DNA of 64,000 nt, from assembly GCA_963677485.1 (NCBI GenBank), contig OY781964.1, positions 4,928,001 through 4,992,000 on the forward strand. Direction: 5' to 3'. Made by a program: the position numbers and the translations under genes. The first letter of the stretch is position 1; the number at the start of each line of letters is the position of its first letter. This DNA is from Armatimonadota bacterium (GTDB lineage Bacteria > Armatimonadota > HRBIN16). Positions 20,786 to 30,310 of this stretch are shown piece after piece. The notes beneath the pieces are model-generated. The model ran no database searches. It saw only the letters and a list, made by a program, of their open reading frames with translations, and was not told the origin of the DNA.

Positions 20786-21639
20786 AACCGGGGCACCTCC
20801 CCCTCGTTGGTGTCACTGCCAGCCTCATCAGGAAAGCGAATCACCAGATCCAGACCGCTCGCGAGAGACAGATGCACAGAGCCGTCTACCTCGATCATCC
20901 CGGCATGTGTGCTTTCTACCGCACGGAAGCTCTTTGCTCCACCAGAGATGCTCCGCGCCTGCACCTCTTCCCCGACGCCCTCTATGCGGTGTAGCCCTAT
21001 CACGTTCACCGTGCCCGTTGGGTTGCTGAGTATCACAAGCCTATCACTCTGCAATACATCTAGACGAACACCATCAGGCAGCACAGCGCTATACCTACCG
21101 TCAGAGGCGAGTGTCGGTTCTACGTCACTGGGAAGTCCCTCGATACCGCACGACTGATGCGTGACGGTGATGGCCTCACGCACTAATATAAGCTCCATGC
21201 CGCCAGGCAGAACCACTTTGCCGGAACGGGACTGCGCGACAGGTGTCACCTCACCGTCTTCACCGACACAGACCATCGCGCTACCGGGCAGCACCCTTAA
21301 AATCATCCCGTCCGAAAAGCTGAACAACCTGCCCCCAGCCGGCAAGTCGCGAATGGTCGTGCCTGCGGGCACTTCCTTAAAGGGATAAGCATCTGCGTCA
21401 TCGTCAAGACTGCGTAGATACTCACCGGCACTCTGCTCGTGTAAAGCAAGTATCCGCTGCGCCTCCCCCCTCATCAGCTCAGATACTGCAAAGCTCTGTT
21501 CAAGCAGCAGCCGTATAGCCCTCACCTCAGCATTCAGATCCGTGACCACGCCGCTCAGAGCCGTCAGCTCGTAATGGCTCTCAGATGAGCTGGTCTGTTC
21601 AAGAATGAGCTGATATGTGCCCGGTTCTACATAGATCAT
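20782..21639 (-). CDS. hypothetical protein (coiled-coil N-terminus, beta-rich C-terminus)
   Basis: AGGAGG RBS, translationally coupled to the gp25 gene; no family recognised. Confidence 0.6.
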   Translation of the reverse strand: MIYVEPGTYQLILEQTSSSESHYELTALSGVVTDLNAEVRAIRLLLEQSFAVSELMRGEAQRILALHEQSAGEYLRSLDDDADAYPFKEVPAGTTIRDLPAGGRLFSFSDGMILRVLPGSAMVCVGEDGEVTPVAQSRSGKVVLPGGMELILVREAITVTHQSCGIEGLPSDVEPTLASDGRYSAVLPDGVRLDVLQSDRLVILSNPTGTVNVIGLHRIEGVGEEVQARSISGGAKSFRAVESTHAGMIEVDGSVHLSLASGLDLVIRFPDEAGSDTNEGEVPRL

Positions 21640-21644
21640 ATGAA

Positions 21645-22361
21645 CTAACCTCCTATCGGGTGAAGAGTGATGCCGCTGACAAACCAGCCATCAAACTTCT
21701 GGTAGAGCTGGTCCCTGGTGTCCCAGTGGAAGCGCAGCGACACAGTTTGCCCCGTGTAGGCAGACATATCGATGCTTTCCGCGTGGCGCATGATGACAAA
21801 CGGCCCGAGCGGTATTCTGGCAGAACCGATTACCGGGTTGAACCGTCTCACTTTCCTCTTATTGATATAGAGATCCAGTGTGTCCATCGTGTCAGGATTC
21901 ATGCTCTCAATCTCCCCCCACACCTCGAAAGTGAGCATATAGTCACGGTCCAGATGGACACCACGCGTCAGGTCGCCCTTGACCTGGACATTACATCCGT
22001 AGGCGTCGTACCACTCCGTGAAGTAGTGGAAGTTCCACGTGCCGCCTGTCAGCTCACGCACATAACCGGTGGATGTCCAATCTGTCGGCACCACGCTGCG
22101 CTTCATCTCCAGCTGCACATATCTGCGAGAGACGACCATTTCGTCACGACTTGCCTCGACGATGATCATGGCGGCACCGGGTGAAACGCCGTAGGTTAAC
22201 TGCCCGTTCTCAACCCTCGCGAGGAGGGGGGCCGTAGAGTGGAACGAAATCTCACCACACGGCTCACCCAGTATAGCAAAAGGCACAGACTTCGCTTCGC
22301 CGTCCCACTGTTCACTAATGCTGCGAGGTGACACGTCCCAGTAGTTGTAAGCCGTGCTAAT
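21645..22361 (-). CDS. Ig-like plus jelly-roll-like baseplate-region protein; probable ATT start at 22361 (first GTG at 22334)
   Basis: N-terminus paralogous to 22361..22639; C-terminal IDMSAYTGQTVSLRFHWDT...DGWFV beta-sandwich motif. Confidence 0.6.
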   Translation of the reverse strand: MSTAYNYWDVSPRSISEQWDGEAKSVPFAILGEPCGEISFHSTAPLLARVENGQLTYGVSPGAAMIIVEASRDEMVVSRRYVQLEMKRSVVPTDWTSTGYVRELTGGTWNFHYFTEWYDAYGCNVQVKGDLTRGVHLDRDYMLTFEVWGEIESMNPDTMDTLDLYINKRKVRRFNPVIGSARIPLGPFVIMRHAESIDMSAYTGQTVSLRFHWDTRDQLYQKFDGWFVSGITLHPIGG

Positions 22362-22639
22362 TAGCCCCCACCTGTGCCGTAGTCATCCACACTGATATGC
22401 ACGTATCGTGCACTGAGTAGCTCAGCGTTCTCGTAGACCGTCACGAAGGTCGCACCAGCCACTTGGCCAAGTGTCACCTTGCCAAACTCGCTAACTGTAG
22501 CGATATTGATGTTTTCACTCATAAATAGTACATCGCCTCTTGGTTCCCCCCGAACAGACAGCGGGATGGTCACAGGAAACTCAGAGAGCGAAATCTTGAT
22601 ATTCTTCGGGAATACATCCCAATAGTTTACTGTTTCCAT
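22361..22639 (-). CDS. small Ig-like (Big-type) protein
   Basis: F.SEN.NIATVSEFGKVT...AGAT.VTV pattern resembles bacterial Ig-like group 2. Confidence 0.55.
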   Translation of the reverse strand: METVNYWDVFPKNIKISLSEFPVTIPLSVRGEPRGDVLFMSENINIATVSEFGKVTLGQVAGATFVTVYENAELLSARYVHISVDDYGTGGG

Positions 22640-22646
22640 ATTCGTC

Positions 22647-22913
22647 TCAGTTCTCACAGACATCTAGGCTGCCGGTCACAATGACCGCTCCGCAGCCAGC
22701 TATATCGCCAAGTCCCGCACTGGGACTGCCGTCAGTTGATATGCTTATACTCCCTGTCACTATTCGGGTCACGCCGTGACCGGGAACGGGGCACACATGC
22801 ATGTCACCCATTCGCGCCACCGGTCGGCCGCCCGTGATGACCGAAAGCGAACCGGTGATGATCGTGCCGCCGTGACTGGAAATGTCGCCAAGTCTTGCCT
22901 GTACCCCTGCCAT
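22647..22913 (-). CDS. PAAR spike-tip protein
   Basis: ARLGD.SSHGG.I.TGS, VARMGD.HVCP.PGHG, AGLGD..GCGA.I.TGS. Confidence 0.9.
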   Translation of the reverse strand: MAGVQARLGDISSHGGTIITGSLSVITGGRPVARMGDMHVCPVPGHGVTRIVTGSISISTDGSPSAGLGDIAGCGAVIVTGSLDVCEN

Positions 22914-22915
22914 GT

Positions 22916-23314
22916 TCAGTTCCTCCCAAAATAGTTGATAATCCCGCTTATGATGCCGCTCAGAATGCCGCCTAAGGTGATAACAAGCCCTATCACCTTC
23001 CACATCGTGTCAGATCCGACCTTGCTCTCAACGGCAGCATGCAGACTCGTGATCTGCTCAGCATGACGCGTAAGCTCATCGTGGATGCCGCGTACGATAA
23101 GGTCGACGTTTTCCTTGTCTGATTTCTTTTCTATCTCTCGTTCAATCTTCTCGAGCCGGTTCTGGATATCCCGGCGATGCTCCTCAAGGATCGATCTGAA
23201 CTCTGAACGCCAGGCATCAAAAGTCTTTGCAAGCATCCTTTCACTGTCCACCCATCCGCATTTGGTCGGCCCCTTACACTGGGTTTGTGTTGACACCTCC
23301 TGTATCTCACTCAT
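22916..23314 (-). CDS. coiled-coil protein with C-terminal transmembrane helix (XhlA/holin-like)
   Basis: Heptad-rich core followed by WKVIGLVITLGGILSGIISGII. Confidence 0.55.
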   Translation of the reverse strand: MSEIQEVSTQTQCKGPTKCGWVDSERMLAKTFDAWRSEFRSILEEHRRDIQNRLEKIEREIEKKSDKENVDLIVRGIHDELTRHAEQITSLHAAVESKVGSDTMWKVIGLVITLGGILSGIISGIINYFGRN

Positions 23315-24345
23315 GGGTTGATTAGCACCTTTCTTAGCGACTTAACAACTATATGTCCTGTCACCCCGTCCATTATGATTTGGCTTCCAGCCCGGTCTTT
23401 CATCCGGATCTGCTGCCTACCAGCAGCCGACATCATTCGAATCTGCTGGGTGCCGCCAAGCCCCCATATGGAGATGCTCTCACGGCCCTTGGTGGTGTCG
23501 ATAAGAATCTTCTGCCAGCGGCCACGCGTCTTGTCGCAGGAGAGAATGTGAATCTTCTCCTTGTCATGCCAGGCTTCCAGGCGTATGGACTGGTGGCAGG
23601 CATCTGTCAGCTCAATGAACGCCTTGGCGCCCTTGATGTCCCGTGCGATATCGATAGGCTGAGCTGACACATCAGCACTAGATTCGTTGCTTAACGAGCC
23701 AGATTCTGCATCATAAGTCCCACGCCTGCGACTGTTACCGCTCTGAACCTCCCGCTTCACAGGGCCGTCCATATGCAGGATTTGTCCTGCCCGGTCTATG
23801 ATCTTCAGGAACTCCTCTTCGTCCCGGTCATCCATCACGATGGTGTGGCCGGTCTCGGTCTTTATGAGCACTTTGCGCCGCGGGCAGTAGTAGTCCGGGT
23901 GAGAATGAAACTTCCGGTGCTCCTTGTTGTCCGAAGCGTCTGAGGCGTGTTCACACTTGTCTTCGCAGTCAAGGCACGTGGTTTCTTTGCACAGCCGCGC
24001 TGCTTCCTCCGGCTGCTCGCCTGGGTTGGACTTCGCTAGCCACACGCCACTCCAGATGGGATACTGCGGGTCGCCGCCTTCAAACTCTGCCCAAACACTA
24101 GCCCCCTCTTCAGGCACCAGGAACATACCGGTATCGTCGCTACCGCCATACGGAAAGCAGGGCCATGCCCAGTCTGAACTGTTCTCATCACCGACTCCAA
24201 GCACTGCAGGCACTTCCATTCGGCATCTGCCCAGTCGCTCTGGGTCGTTGTTGTCTCGCACAAAGGCGCGGTACTTGCCGTACCACTTATTCTTGTAGCG
24301 CTCTTCGTGCTGCTGATCTTCAAACTGGTTTTCAAACTCTGGCAT
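23311..24345 (-). CDS. baseplate spike, gpV/gp5/VgrG OB-fold
   Basis: YGKYRA.V.DN.DPERLGR, SDWAWPC, P..GASVW.EFEGGD...PIW.G, KTETGH.I.MDD. Confidence 0.9.
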   Translation of the reverse strand: MPEFENQFEDQQHEERYKNKWYGKYRAFVRDNNDPERLGRCRMEVPAVLGVGDENSSDWAWPCFPYGGSDDTGMFLVPEEGASVWAEFEGGDPQYPIWSGVWLAKSNPGEQPEEAARLCKETTCLDCEDKCEHASDASDNKEHRKFHSHPDYYCPRRKVLIKTETGHTIVMDDRDEEEFLKIIDRAGQILHMDGPVKREVQSGNSRRRGTYDAESGSLSNESSADVSAQPIDIARDIKGAKAFIELTDACHQSIRLEAWHDKEKIHILSCDKTRGRWQKILIDTTKGRESISIWGLGGTQQIRMMSAAGRQQIRMKDRAGSQIIMDGVTGHIVVKSLRKVLINP

Positions 24346-24362
24346 GGCCCGCTTATCTCCTC

Positions 24363-24674
24363 CTACAGTCTGCGAAACAGTTCAGTTAGAATTCGGTTAA
24401 CGACTGTTCGCTCGGTCTTTTTAGGATCCACCTTAGCGACGGAATCGCGGATGGCATCTTTGGCCACACTGGTGAGAGCCGTTGACGTATCAGCGACCTT
24501 GCCTTTGACGTCCCCTGCACCCACCTGCTCAATGACACCGATCACCGTGTCCAGTGCCTGTGCTTGACCGCGTCCCCATGCGGTGATTTTCACCGTGGTG
24601 AGTAGCGAGATAAGAATCATGAGAATCATGTCCTTATGCTCGTGAAGAAAAGCTCCGATTTCGTTGGTCTCCAT
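24363..24674 (-). CDS. small membrane protein, possible holin
   Basis: One N-terminal hydrophobic helix, charged C-terminus, GAGGAGG RBS. Confidence 0.45.
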   Translation of the reverse strand: METNEIGAFLHEHKDMILMILISLLTTVKITAWGRGQAQALDTVIGVIEQVGAGDVKGKVADTSTALTSVAKDAIRDSVAKVDPKKTERTVVNRILTELFRRL

Positions 24675-24707
24675 TACCTGATTGCCTCCTCGATGTTTAT
24701 CTTGCTA

Positions 24708-26039
24708 TTAATCTAGAATTCGTCCGGTGTTCGCGTCGATACGAACCATCTTTGGTTTCGGTGTCACCGGTCTAGCCTGTTGGTTCAGTTTGGCCGCATT
24801 GGTGGTTACCGTCTTAGGTGCCACCTGCCGCGTAGGGTGCCTAGGCGCTTCGTGTTCATTGCGCTTGCCCTTAGCCTCTGCTGCTTTGCTGCCAGCCCCC
24901 TTTCCGAGTGCATTTCGCCTCAGTTTCAGTTCGCATGAGTAGCCTTCACCAAATACGTGGCGCACCGCAGTGCAGTAGTAGATGCCGGAGAACTTCCGGC
25001 CTACTCCCGTTATCTCGATGTTCTGCTTTGCCGTAAGTGACGGGATGCCAATGGTCACAGCGCTGGCCTCGACCTGTTTTAGCTCCCCCGCCTTGAAAGC
25101 GCTGTCCGCCTTGTCCTGGGCAGGCTCTTGCCGAGGCTCTTCATGGAAGCTTTCGGACCTGTCGTAGCTTGGAACAATCTTGCCGGTTTCGCCTTTACGG
25201 TATTTGAGTTCACCGCTATTCCCGTCCACAAGGTAGGTCTTCTTACCGAGTGAGATTCGCTCAGATGTGTTCGCGTTGCTCGCTGCGTGTAGAGTGGCTC
25301 CTTTCCTGCGCGGGTCGACACCGACCGCCTTAGTCTCGGTGCCGGCACCTTTGGCGCCCTGCGACGCCGTAGACGGAGTAAACGAGCGCAGCACCCCATC
25401 GCGGCTCGTAAAGTATTCAAGCACTAAACCCGGCCGCGCCTCAAGTTTACGAGGATGAAAGTGCAACTCATTATCTTGCACGTAGAATACGAAACCCGCA
25501 GTGCCGCTCCCCTCCTTATCGCGGCTACTGCTGGCAAGCTGCTTTAGTAACAGCGCGTCGGAGATACCACCCTGTGCCACTCTTAGGTGCCGACCCACGC
25601 TCTTTGTCACGACTGGTATGAGCCCGTGTTCGGTCGCGATCTGCTGCGCAATCTCCGAGTAGAGAATGCCGGGAGCCGGTTTCTGCCATACGCGCTGCAT
25701 CTGTTTACCAGAGAGCTTATGTCCCTTGTCGTACGCCTTGACCCTGATGCTTGGCTCTCCACTTTCTGGGAAGTCATAGTCGATATCCTTGATCACCGCC
25801 ACTTTCCTCGCCGAAAGCTCACCCGCATAACCGAAACGTGCCACGATCTCATTGCCCTCCTGAAGGAGCGGATCGTCCACAAACTGAAGATTTCGGTCGG
25901 TGATCGTGATCTCCATCACATCCATCTCCTGTTCGTTGTCCTCGAACACGAACGAGCATATCTCGCTAGTGATATCTCTTGAGAGATGTTTGCCTTCGAT
26001 TTCAATAATAAATACGGGTTCGTATTCGTCCAGTTTCAT
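24708..26039 (-). CDS. baseplate hub, gpD/late control D-like
   Basis: IEIEG...I.SF.FED, ARFGY, Q..ISD...L.QLA, FYVQDNELHF, IG.P.L.A, FSGIYY...VRH. Confidence 0.85.
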   Translation of the reverse strand: MKLDEYEPVFIIEIEGKHLSRDITSEICSFVFEDNEQEMDVMEITITDRNLQFVDDPLLQEGNEIVARFGYAGELSARKVAVIKDIDYDFPESGEPSIRVKAYDKGHKLSGKQMQRVWQKPAPGILYSEIAQQIATEHGLIPVVTKSVGRHLRVAQGGISDALLLKQLASSSRDKEGSGTAGFVFYVQDNELHFHPRKLEARPGLVLEYFTSRDGVLRSFTPSTASQGAKGAGTETKAVGVDPRRKGATLHAASNANTSERISLGKKTYLVDGNSGELKYRKGETGKIVPSYDRSESFHEEPRQEPAQDKADSAFKAGELKQVEASAVTIGIPSLTAKQNIEITGVGRKFSGIYYCTAVRHVFGEGYSCELKLRRNALGKGAGSKAAEAKGKRNEHEAPRHPTRQVAPKTVTTNAAKLNQQARPVTPKPKMVRIDANTGRILD

Positions 26040-26080
26040 GTCATCCGTCCTTGGGGCAAATAATCAATCCCCCCACTTAA

Positions 26081-26112
26081 TATTTACGTGCGATTTTTAG
26101 AAAGTGTCGGAA
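26081..26112 (-). promoter_or_regulatory. element-specific promoter, copy A
   Basis: TTCCGACACTTTCTAAAAATCGCACGTAAATA upstream of the gpD gene. Confidence 0.75.
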
Positions 26113-26148
26113 ACACGCTCGCCCTACGGTTCAGCAACGTTACTCATG

Positions 26149-26439
26149 CTATCCGAGCACTTTCATCTGCACAGTTTCGCGCGATGGGATGCGTAAAATA
26201 GCTCCAGCTTCAAGCTCTAGCGGAAAGGCGATCTCGTTGTAGTCACAGATGACCCACCAGAGCTCCGCGCGGCCAAGATACCGGTACGAAAGCAGATCCA
26301 CGCGGTCACCTTCCACCACGAGGTGAAACTGGTCATCCGCTCGAGGTAAGGTGTCAATGGGCTGCCTTGTACCAAGAAACTCCTGATCTCCGTCGACATA
26401 TAGAACGCACGCGGCATACCTCGAATCCTGCTCTATCAC
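26149..26439 (-). CDS. LysM/gpX-like baseplate protein
   Basis: VVEGDRVDLLSYRYLG..ELWWVICDYN...G.ILRIP. Confidence 0.85.
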   Translation of the reverse strand: MIEQDSRYAACVLYVDGDQEFLGTRQPIDTLPRADDQFHLVVEGDRVDLLSYRYLGRAELWWVICDYNEIAFPLELEAGAILRIPSRETVQMKVLG

Positions 26440-26927
26440 CTACGCACCTGCGTAAAGTCAACAGATCTCTGAACGATCTCTTCTAGGCTGAGATCCACTT
26501 CAGCGTGCTGGGGAAGCAGGGATTCTGCATCAAACATGTGAAAGAAACGGGTTCTCACCTGACGAACGATGCACAGCGTGCCAGGATAAAGCTCACCAAA
26601 GAAGAACAGCACCTTATGCGGGGCATTCCTTAGCATTGTCTTTTCGTGCTGTGGATATAACAGCGACTGCAGCCAGGCCACCTTCGGTTTCACAGGTCCC
26701 TTAAAGAGCGATAGCTTAAACGAGATTTTGCGGGCTTCACCTGATACATATTGATACCTCGGATGGCTCATCCCAGGCACCTTTATGGTGGCGAAATCCG
26801 TGCTCTTGTCATCGGTGATCTCATCCGGGTTATACTGGAACACGAGCGATTCACGGGTAACCACGTCTACGACGTAACCTGTGGTCTTGCCTCTGACAAA
26901 TGCACTGTGGATGTCGGAATTACTCAT
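26436..26927 (-). CDS. tail tube initiator (CIS-tube/gpU-like)
   Basis: FQYNPDEI, VPGMSHPRYQYVSG..R.ISF.L, P.KVLFFFG, P..AEVDLSLEE. Confidence 0.8.
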   Translation of the reverse strand: MSNSDIHSAFVRGKTTGYVVDVVTRESLVFQYNPDEITDDKSTDFATIKVPGMSHPRYQYVSGEARKISFKLSLFKGPVKPKVAWLQSLLYPQHEKTMLRNAPHKVLFFFGELYPGTLCIVRQVRTRFFHMFDAESLLPQHAEVDLSLEEIVQRSVDFTQVRR

Positions 26928-29900
26928 AGTTCCTTACCTTTCTCTCGCGCATATCCTTGTAAACAGCCTGGGCGATCTTCCGACCGTCCAGCTGTGTAGT
27001 CACCGTCACGTCGATGGGCCGGTCGGCCGCGCGGTCGAGCTTCGCGAGGATCGCCTCAAGAAGTGGCCGCAGGTCCTGTAGTGGCCCCCCAGCTTCAGCA
27101 GGTTGAACACTACCTCCTGTGCCTCTGGTGAGAAACAGAAGACGTGACTGCTCGGTCTGCCCAGAACTTTTGTCGCTTCTTGCCCTACTTTGCCCAGCAG
27201 TCACCGGCAAGACCGGTTCCGGCATAGCGCCAGTGAGCAGTGGAGTGAGAGCCAGCGTGCCCGCAAGCGCAGCTGGCAGCACTGCAGAGCTCATATGGGC
27301 AAACGCCTGCTTTAACGCTAAAGAGGGCAGCTGAGACGCCCTGTTAATTCCTGAGCTAAACGTCTCAAGTAGAGCCGTGCCGCTACGAGTAAGCGTTGAA
27401 AGTGGCCCTTCCTTTGCATCCGAAAACGGCAGCAGCTTTCGAAGCCTGAGTAAAGCTAAGCGTAAGGTGTCATATGGCGCCGAAACGGCTGAGCTGATAC
27501 CTGAGGCGATTGTGTTCATAAGCGCCCTACCGCTCTCAAACGCACCTGCCACCAGTCCCCGCAGGCCCGAGAGAACCCTCGAAAACGCACTTGAAGCTGA
27601 ACTGCACACCGAAGACCACGCGGAGGAGGCGAAGGAGGCCAGACTGATAAAAGGCGCTCTTAACCAACCTGTAGCTGCGGATACCATTGCCTGCACACTT
27701 CCCCAAGCAGTCGAGGCAGTGGCTGTCACCTGAGCCCATGCCGTTGCGGCTGCGTCACATATCCACGTGAAGGGTGCTGCCACCATGCTAAAGGCCAATG
27801 CACCTATAGTGGTCACAGCGTTCCACCCTGCAGAGAAGGCAGACAATATTCCCGTCCATACGCTGCGAAGGGCACTCACCATGCCGGGTAACACTGACGC
27901 TAGCGCTCCGAGCAGCGCACTACCAAGAGATTGGAATAAAGCACCCATACCGGTAAACAACCCGCGAAGGAGTTGCCACGCCCCAGATGCTGCGTCTCTT
28001 GCCCACTTAAAAGGTGTCACCAGATACTCGGTGATGGCGTCACGGACGAGTTTCAGGCCGCCGACAACCGAAACCTGGCCAGTCATCATCTGCCACGCGC
28101 TCTCCGCTACACGGCCGACCGTGAGAAAGCTCTGGATAAGCAGCCGCAGAGGTAAATAGAACTTAGCAATGTAAGGCGCCGCCGTGACAAATGCCACCGC
28201 GACGGCCTGACCAAGCCAGACCACAGCCCGCACGACCACCGCCACAACCTTGATGATGAACACAAGCCGGGTGATAATGAACCTCAGCAGATACGCCCCC
28301 ACCTCAAGAAGCACACCGAGGATCTTGCCAAGAGCTTGGCCCAGTGTTCGTAGCGAAGACGAATCCACCGACGCAGCGGCCTCTCCAAAGATGCCGGTCA
28401 CAAAGAGCAGTGCACTGCCAAGCTCAGAAAACGCACCCATCACTGAGCGGATCGCAGGCTCTAGAACCTGGCGAATCTTACCGAACACAGACGAGAAGGC
28501 CTGCCATAGACCTGAGAGGAACTCACGAACTCTGTAATAGACCTGAAACACCGTCGTAACAAACCCCATAAGCCCTGCCGACTGAAGCTTTCCCGCAAGC
28601 TCTGCAGAGATTTGGCCGCTGCCCGCGCTCAGTGAACTGATTAACGCACGTATGCCCTGCACAGCAAGGCTGACTTTATTCCATGCGCCTAAAACCACGT
28701 CCCTGATACCGCCGAAGTTTGTTTCCCAGCCCTTTCGTAGTGAGACTACCGCGATGGCCACAGCGGCGATCACGGCAACTACTGGCCAGAAGTAAGCGGA
28801 GACCGCCGCACCTACGCCGGCCAGTATTGGTCCCAGTGCCGCTATCCCGGCCTGAACAGCGGGCATGACGACACCAATCGTCCCTATCGCAGCGGTCACG
28901 CTACCCACAATTACCAGCACTGCGCCAAGAGAAACGCAGAGTGTCAGCACAGCTCTTGCCACGCCAGGTGCTGCCTTTGCCATATCCTCTAAACGCAGAA
29001 TAAAGCGAGATATCCCCTGAAACACGGGTATCACCACAGGCAGAAGTGTTCGTCCGAGTATCTCAGCGAGGTTCTGCAGCTGCTGCTTGACAAGAGTAAA
29101 CTGCGAGCCGATGTCCATATTCATGGCATTTGCCATCTGCACGGTGACCGCTGTGCCGCCTTTCATCGCGTCCCCTACGCTTCGTATGTTGCCGTCAAGC
29201 TGCTCCATGCCTATAGACATCTGCAGCAGGAAGCGAACAGCCTCGTCAGACCCAAACGCCTTCTTGAGTTTCACCTGGGCCGCAGCCTGGGAAAGGTCCG
29301 GGAACTGTCGTTTTACCTCCTGCAGGATAGGCAGTATGCCCTTTAGCCTGCCGCCAGCATCCACAAATGACAGCCCAAGATCATCCCCCGCCTCGGCCAC
29401 TTTCATCATGAACGCCTTGTAGAGGGTGCCCGCCTCGGAGCCTGGCATCGTGGTCTGAAGCTGACCGAGGATCGCCATCTGCTCCTGCAAAGGCACGTTC
29501 GAGGCGGCCGCTATGGCGCCGATGTTCTTAATGGCCTCTGCCATCTGCGGGCCAGTAGTCTTAAAAACCCCCACCGTCTGCGCAAGTGCTCCGGAGAACA
29601 TCTTGGCCCACTCCATGTCAGGCATCTCTTTTGCAAGCGGCTTAAAGATGCCATACGCCGTGGTGAATGTCTCCACCATCTCCTGAGTGGTGGCTTTCGT
29701 GGCTTTACCGGTGATGGCCGCCATGGCCGCAAATGTGCCGACTGCCGTATCCGATAAGTTTGCGAGGGCTGACTTCACGTCATAGGCCGCGCCGATGAAC
29801 TCGGCTTTGCTCGCTCCGGCCCACTGGTTCGTGAACGCCTCCGCCGCGTCTTCCATAGCCCGGAAATCCTTGACTCCGACTGACGCCAGTTCACCCAGCG

Positions 29901-30132
29901 CCTTCTGCGTCGCTAAGGTCGATGCCACCAGCACCGCGGGCACAGCAAGTAGTGCCAGCCCCGCACCGACCATCATCGTGCCCTTTTCGATAAGGCCGAG
30001 ACTGCGGGTCATGTTCTCACTCGCCTTCGCAACCGATGAATCCAGTGATTCCATAGAGGACTGGATTCGCGAAGCGTTCTGAGTGAAAGCGTCTTTGAGA
30101 CTGACGATTATGCCGAGGCCAAGATCATTCAT
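26920..30132 (-). CDS. tail tape measure protein (TP901-type core)
   Basis: 1070 aa, Ala/Gly-rich helical, GSEAGT motif, Trp-periodic repeats. Confidence 0.92.
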   Translation of the reverse strand: MNDLGLGIIVSLKDAFTQNASRIQSSMESLDSSVAKASENMTRSLGLIEKGTMMVGAGLALLAVPAVLVASTLATQKALGELASVGVKDFRAMEDAAEAFTNQWAGASKAEFIGAAYDVKSALANLSDTAVGTFAAMAAITGKATKATTQEMVETFTTAYGIFKPLAKEMPDMEWAKMFSGALAQTVGVFKTTGPQMAEAIKNIGAIAAASNVPLQEQMAILGQLQTTMPGSEAGTLYKAFMMKVAEAGDDLGLSFVDAGGRLKGILPILQEVKRQFPDLSQAAAQVKLKKAFGSDEAVRFLLQMSIGMEQLDGNIRSVGDAMKGGTAVTVQMANAMNMDIGSQFTLVKQQLQNLAEILGRTLLPVVIPVFQGISRFILRLEDMAKAAPGVARAVLTLCVSLGAVLVIVGSVTAAIGTIGVVMPAVQAGIAALGPILAGVGAAVSAYFWPVVAVIAAVAIAVVSLRKGWETNFGGIRDVVLGAWNKVSLAVQGIRALISSLSAGSGQISAELAGKLQSAGLMGFVTTVFQVYYRVREFLSGLWQAFSSVFGKIRQVLEPAIRSVMGAFSELGSALLFVTGIFGEAAASVDSSSLRTLGQALGKILGVLLEVGAYLLRFIITRLVFIIKVVAVVVRAVVWLGQAVAVAFVTAAPYIAKFYLPLRLLIQSFLTVGRVAESAWQMMTGQVSVVGGLKLVRDAITEYLVTPFKWARDAASGAWQLLRGLFTGMGALFQSLGSALLGALASVLPGMVSALRSVWTGILSAFSAGWNAVTTIGALAFSMVAAPFTWICDAAATAWAQVTATASTAWGSVQAMVSAATGWLRAPFISLASFASSAWSSVCSSASSAFSRVLSGLRGLVAGAFESGRALMNTIASGISSAVSAPYDTLRLALLRLRKLLPFSDAKEGPLSTLTRSGTALLETFSSGINRASQLPSLALKQAFAHMSSAVLPAALAGTLALTPLLTGAMPEPVLPVTAGQSRARSDKSSGQTEQSRLLFLTRGTGGSVQPAEAGGPLQDLRPLLEAILAKLDRAADRPIDVTVTTQLDGRKIAQAVYKDMRERKVRNYE

Positions 30133-30310
30133 TATCTACGGGCACGCTCCATTTCCTGTTTTTCATAGTCAAGCTGCCTTTCTAGCGCTTCGACGAACTC
30201 CCGCCGGATGCGCAGCGGCAACTGGGAGACCTGTGCATACTCCCAGTGCAGCCCGCCGTAAGCTAGAAAGAAGGCATCCCTTATAACCGAACTCCGGGGA
30301 ACAAAAAAGC
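30132..30310 (-). CDS. tail assembly chaperone C-terminal extension, reached by -1 frameshift
   Basis: No good independent start; entered via T TTT TTG. LAYGGLHW.Y..V..LP...RR.F resembles gpT-type extensions. Confidence 0.7.
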
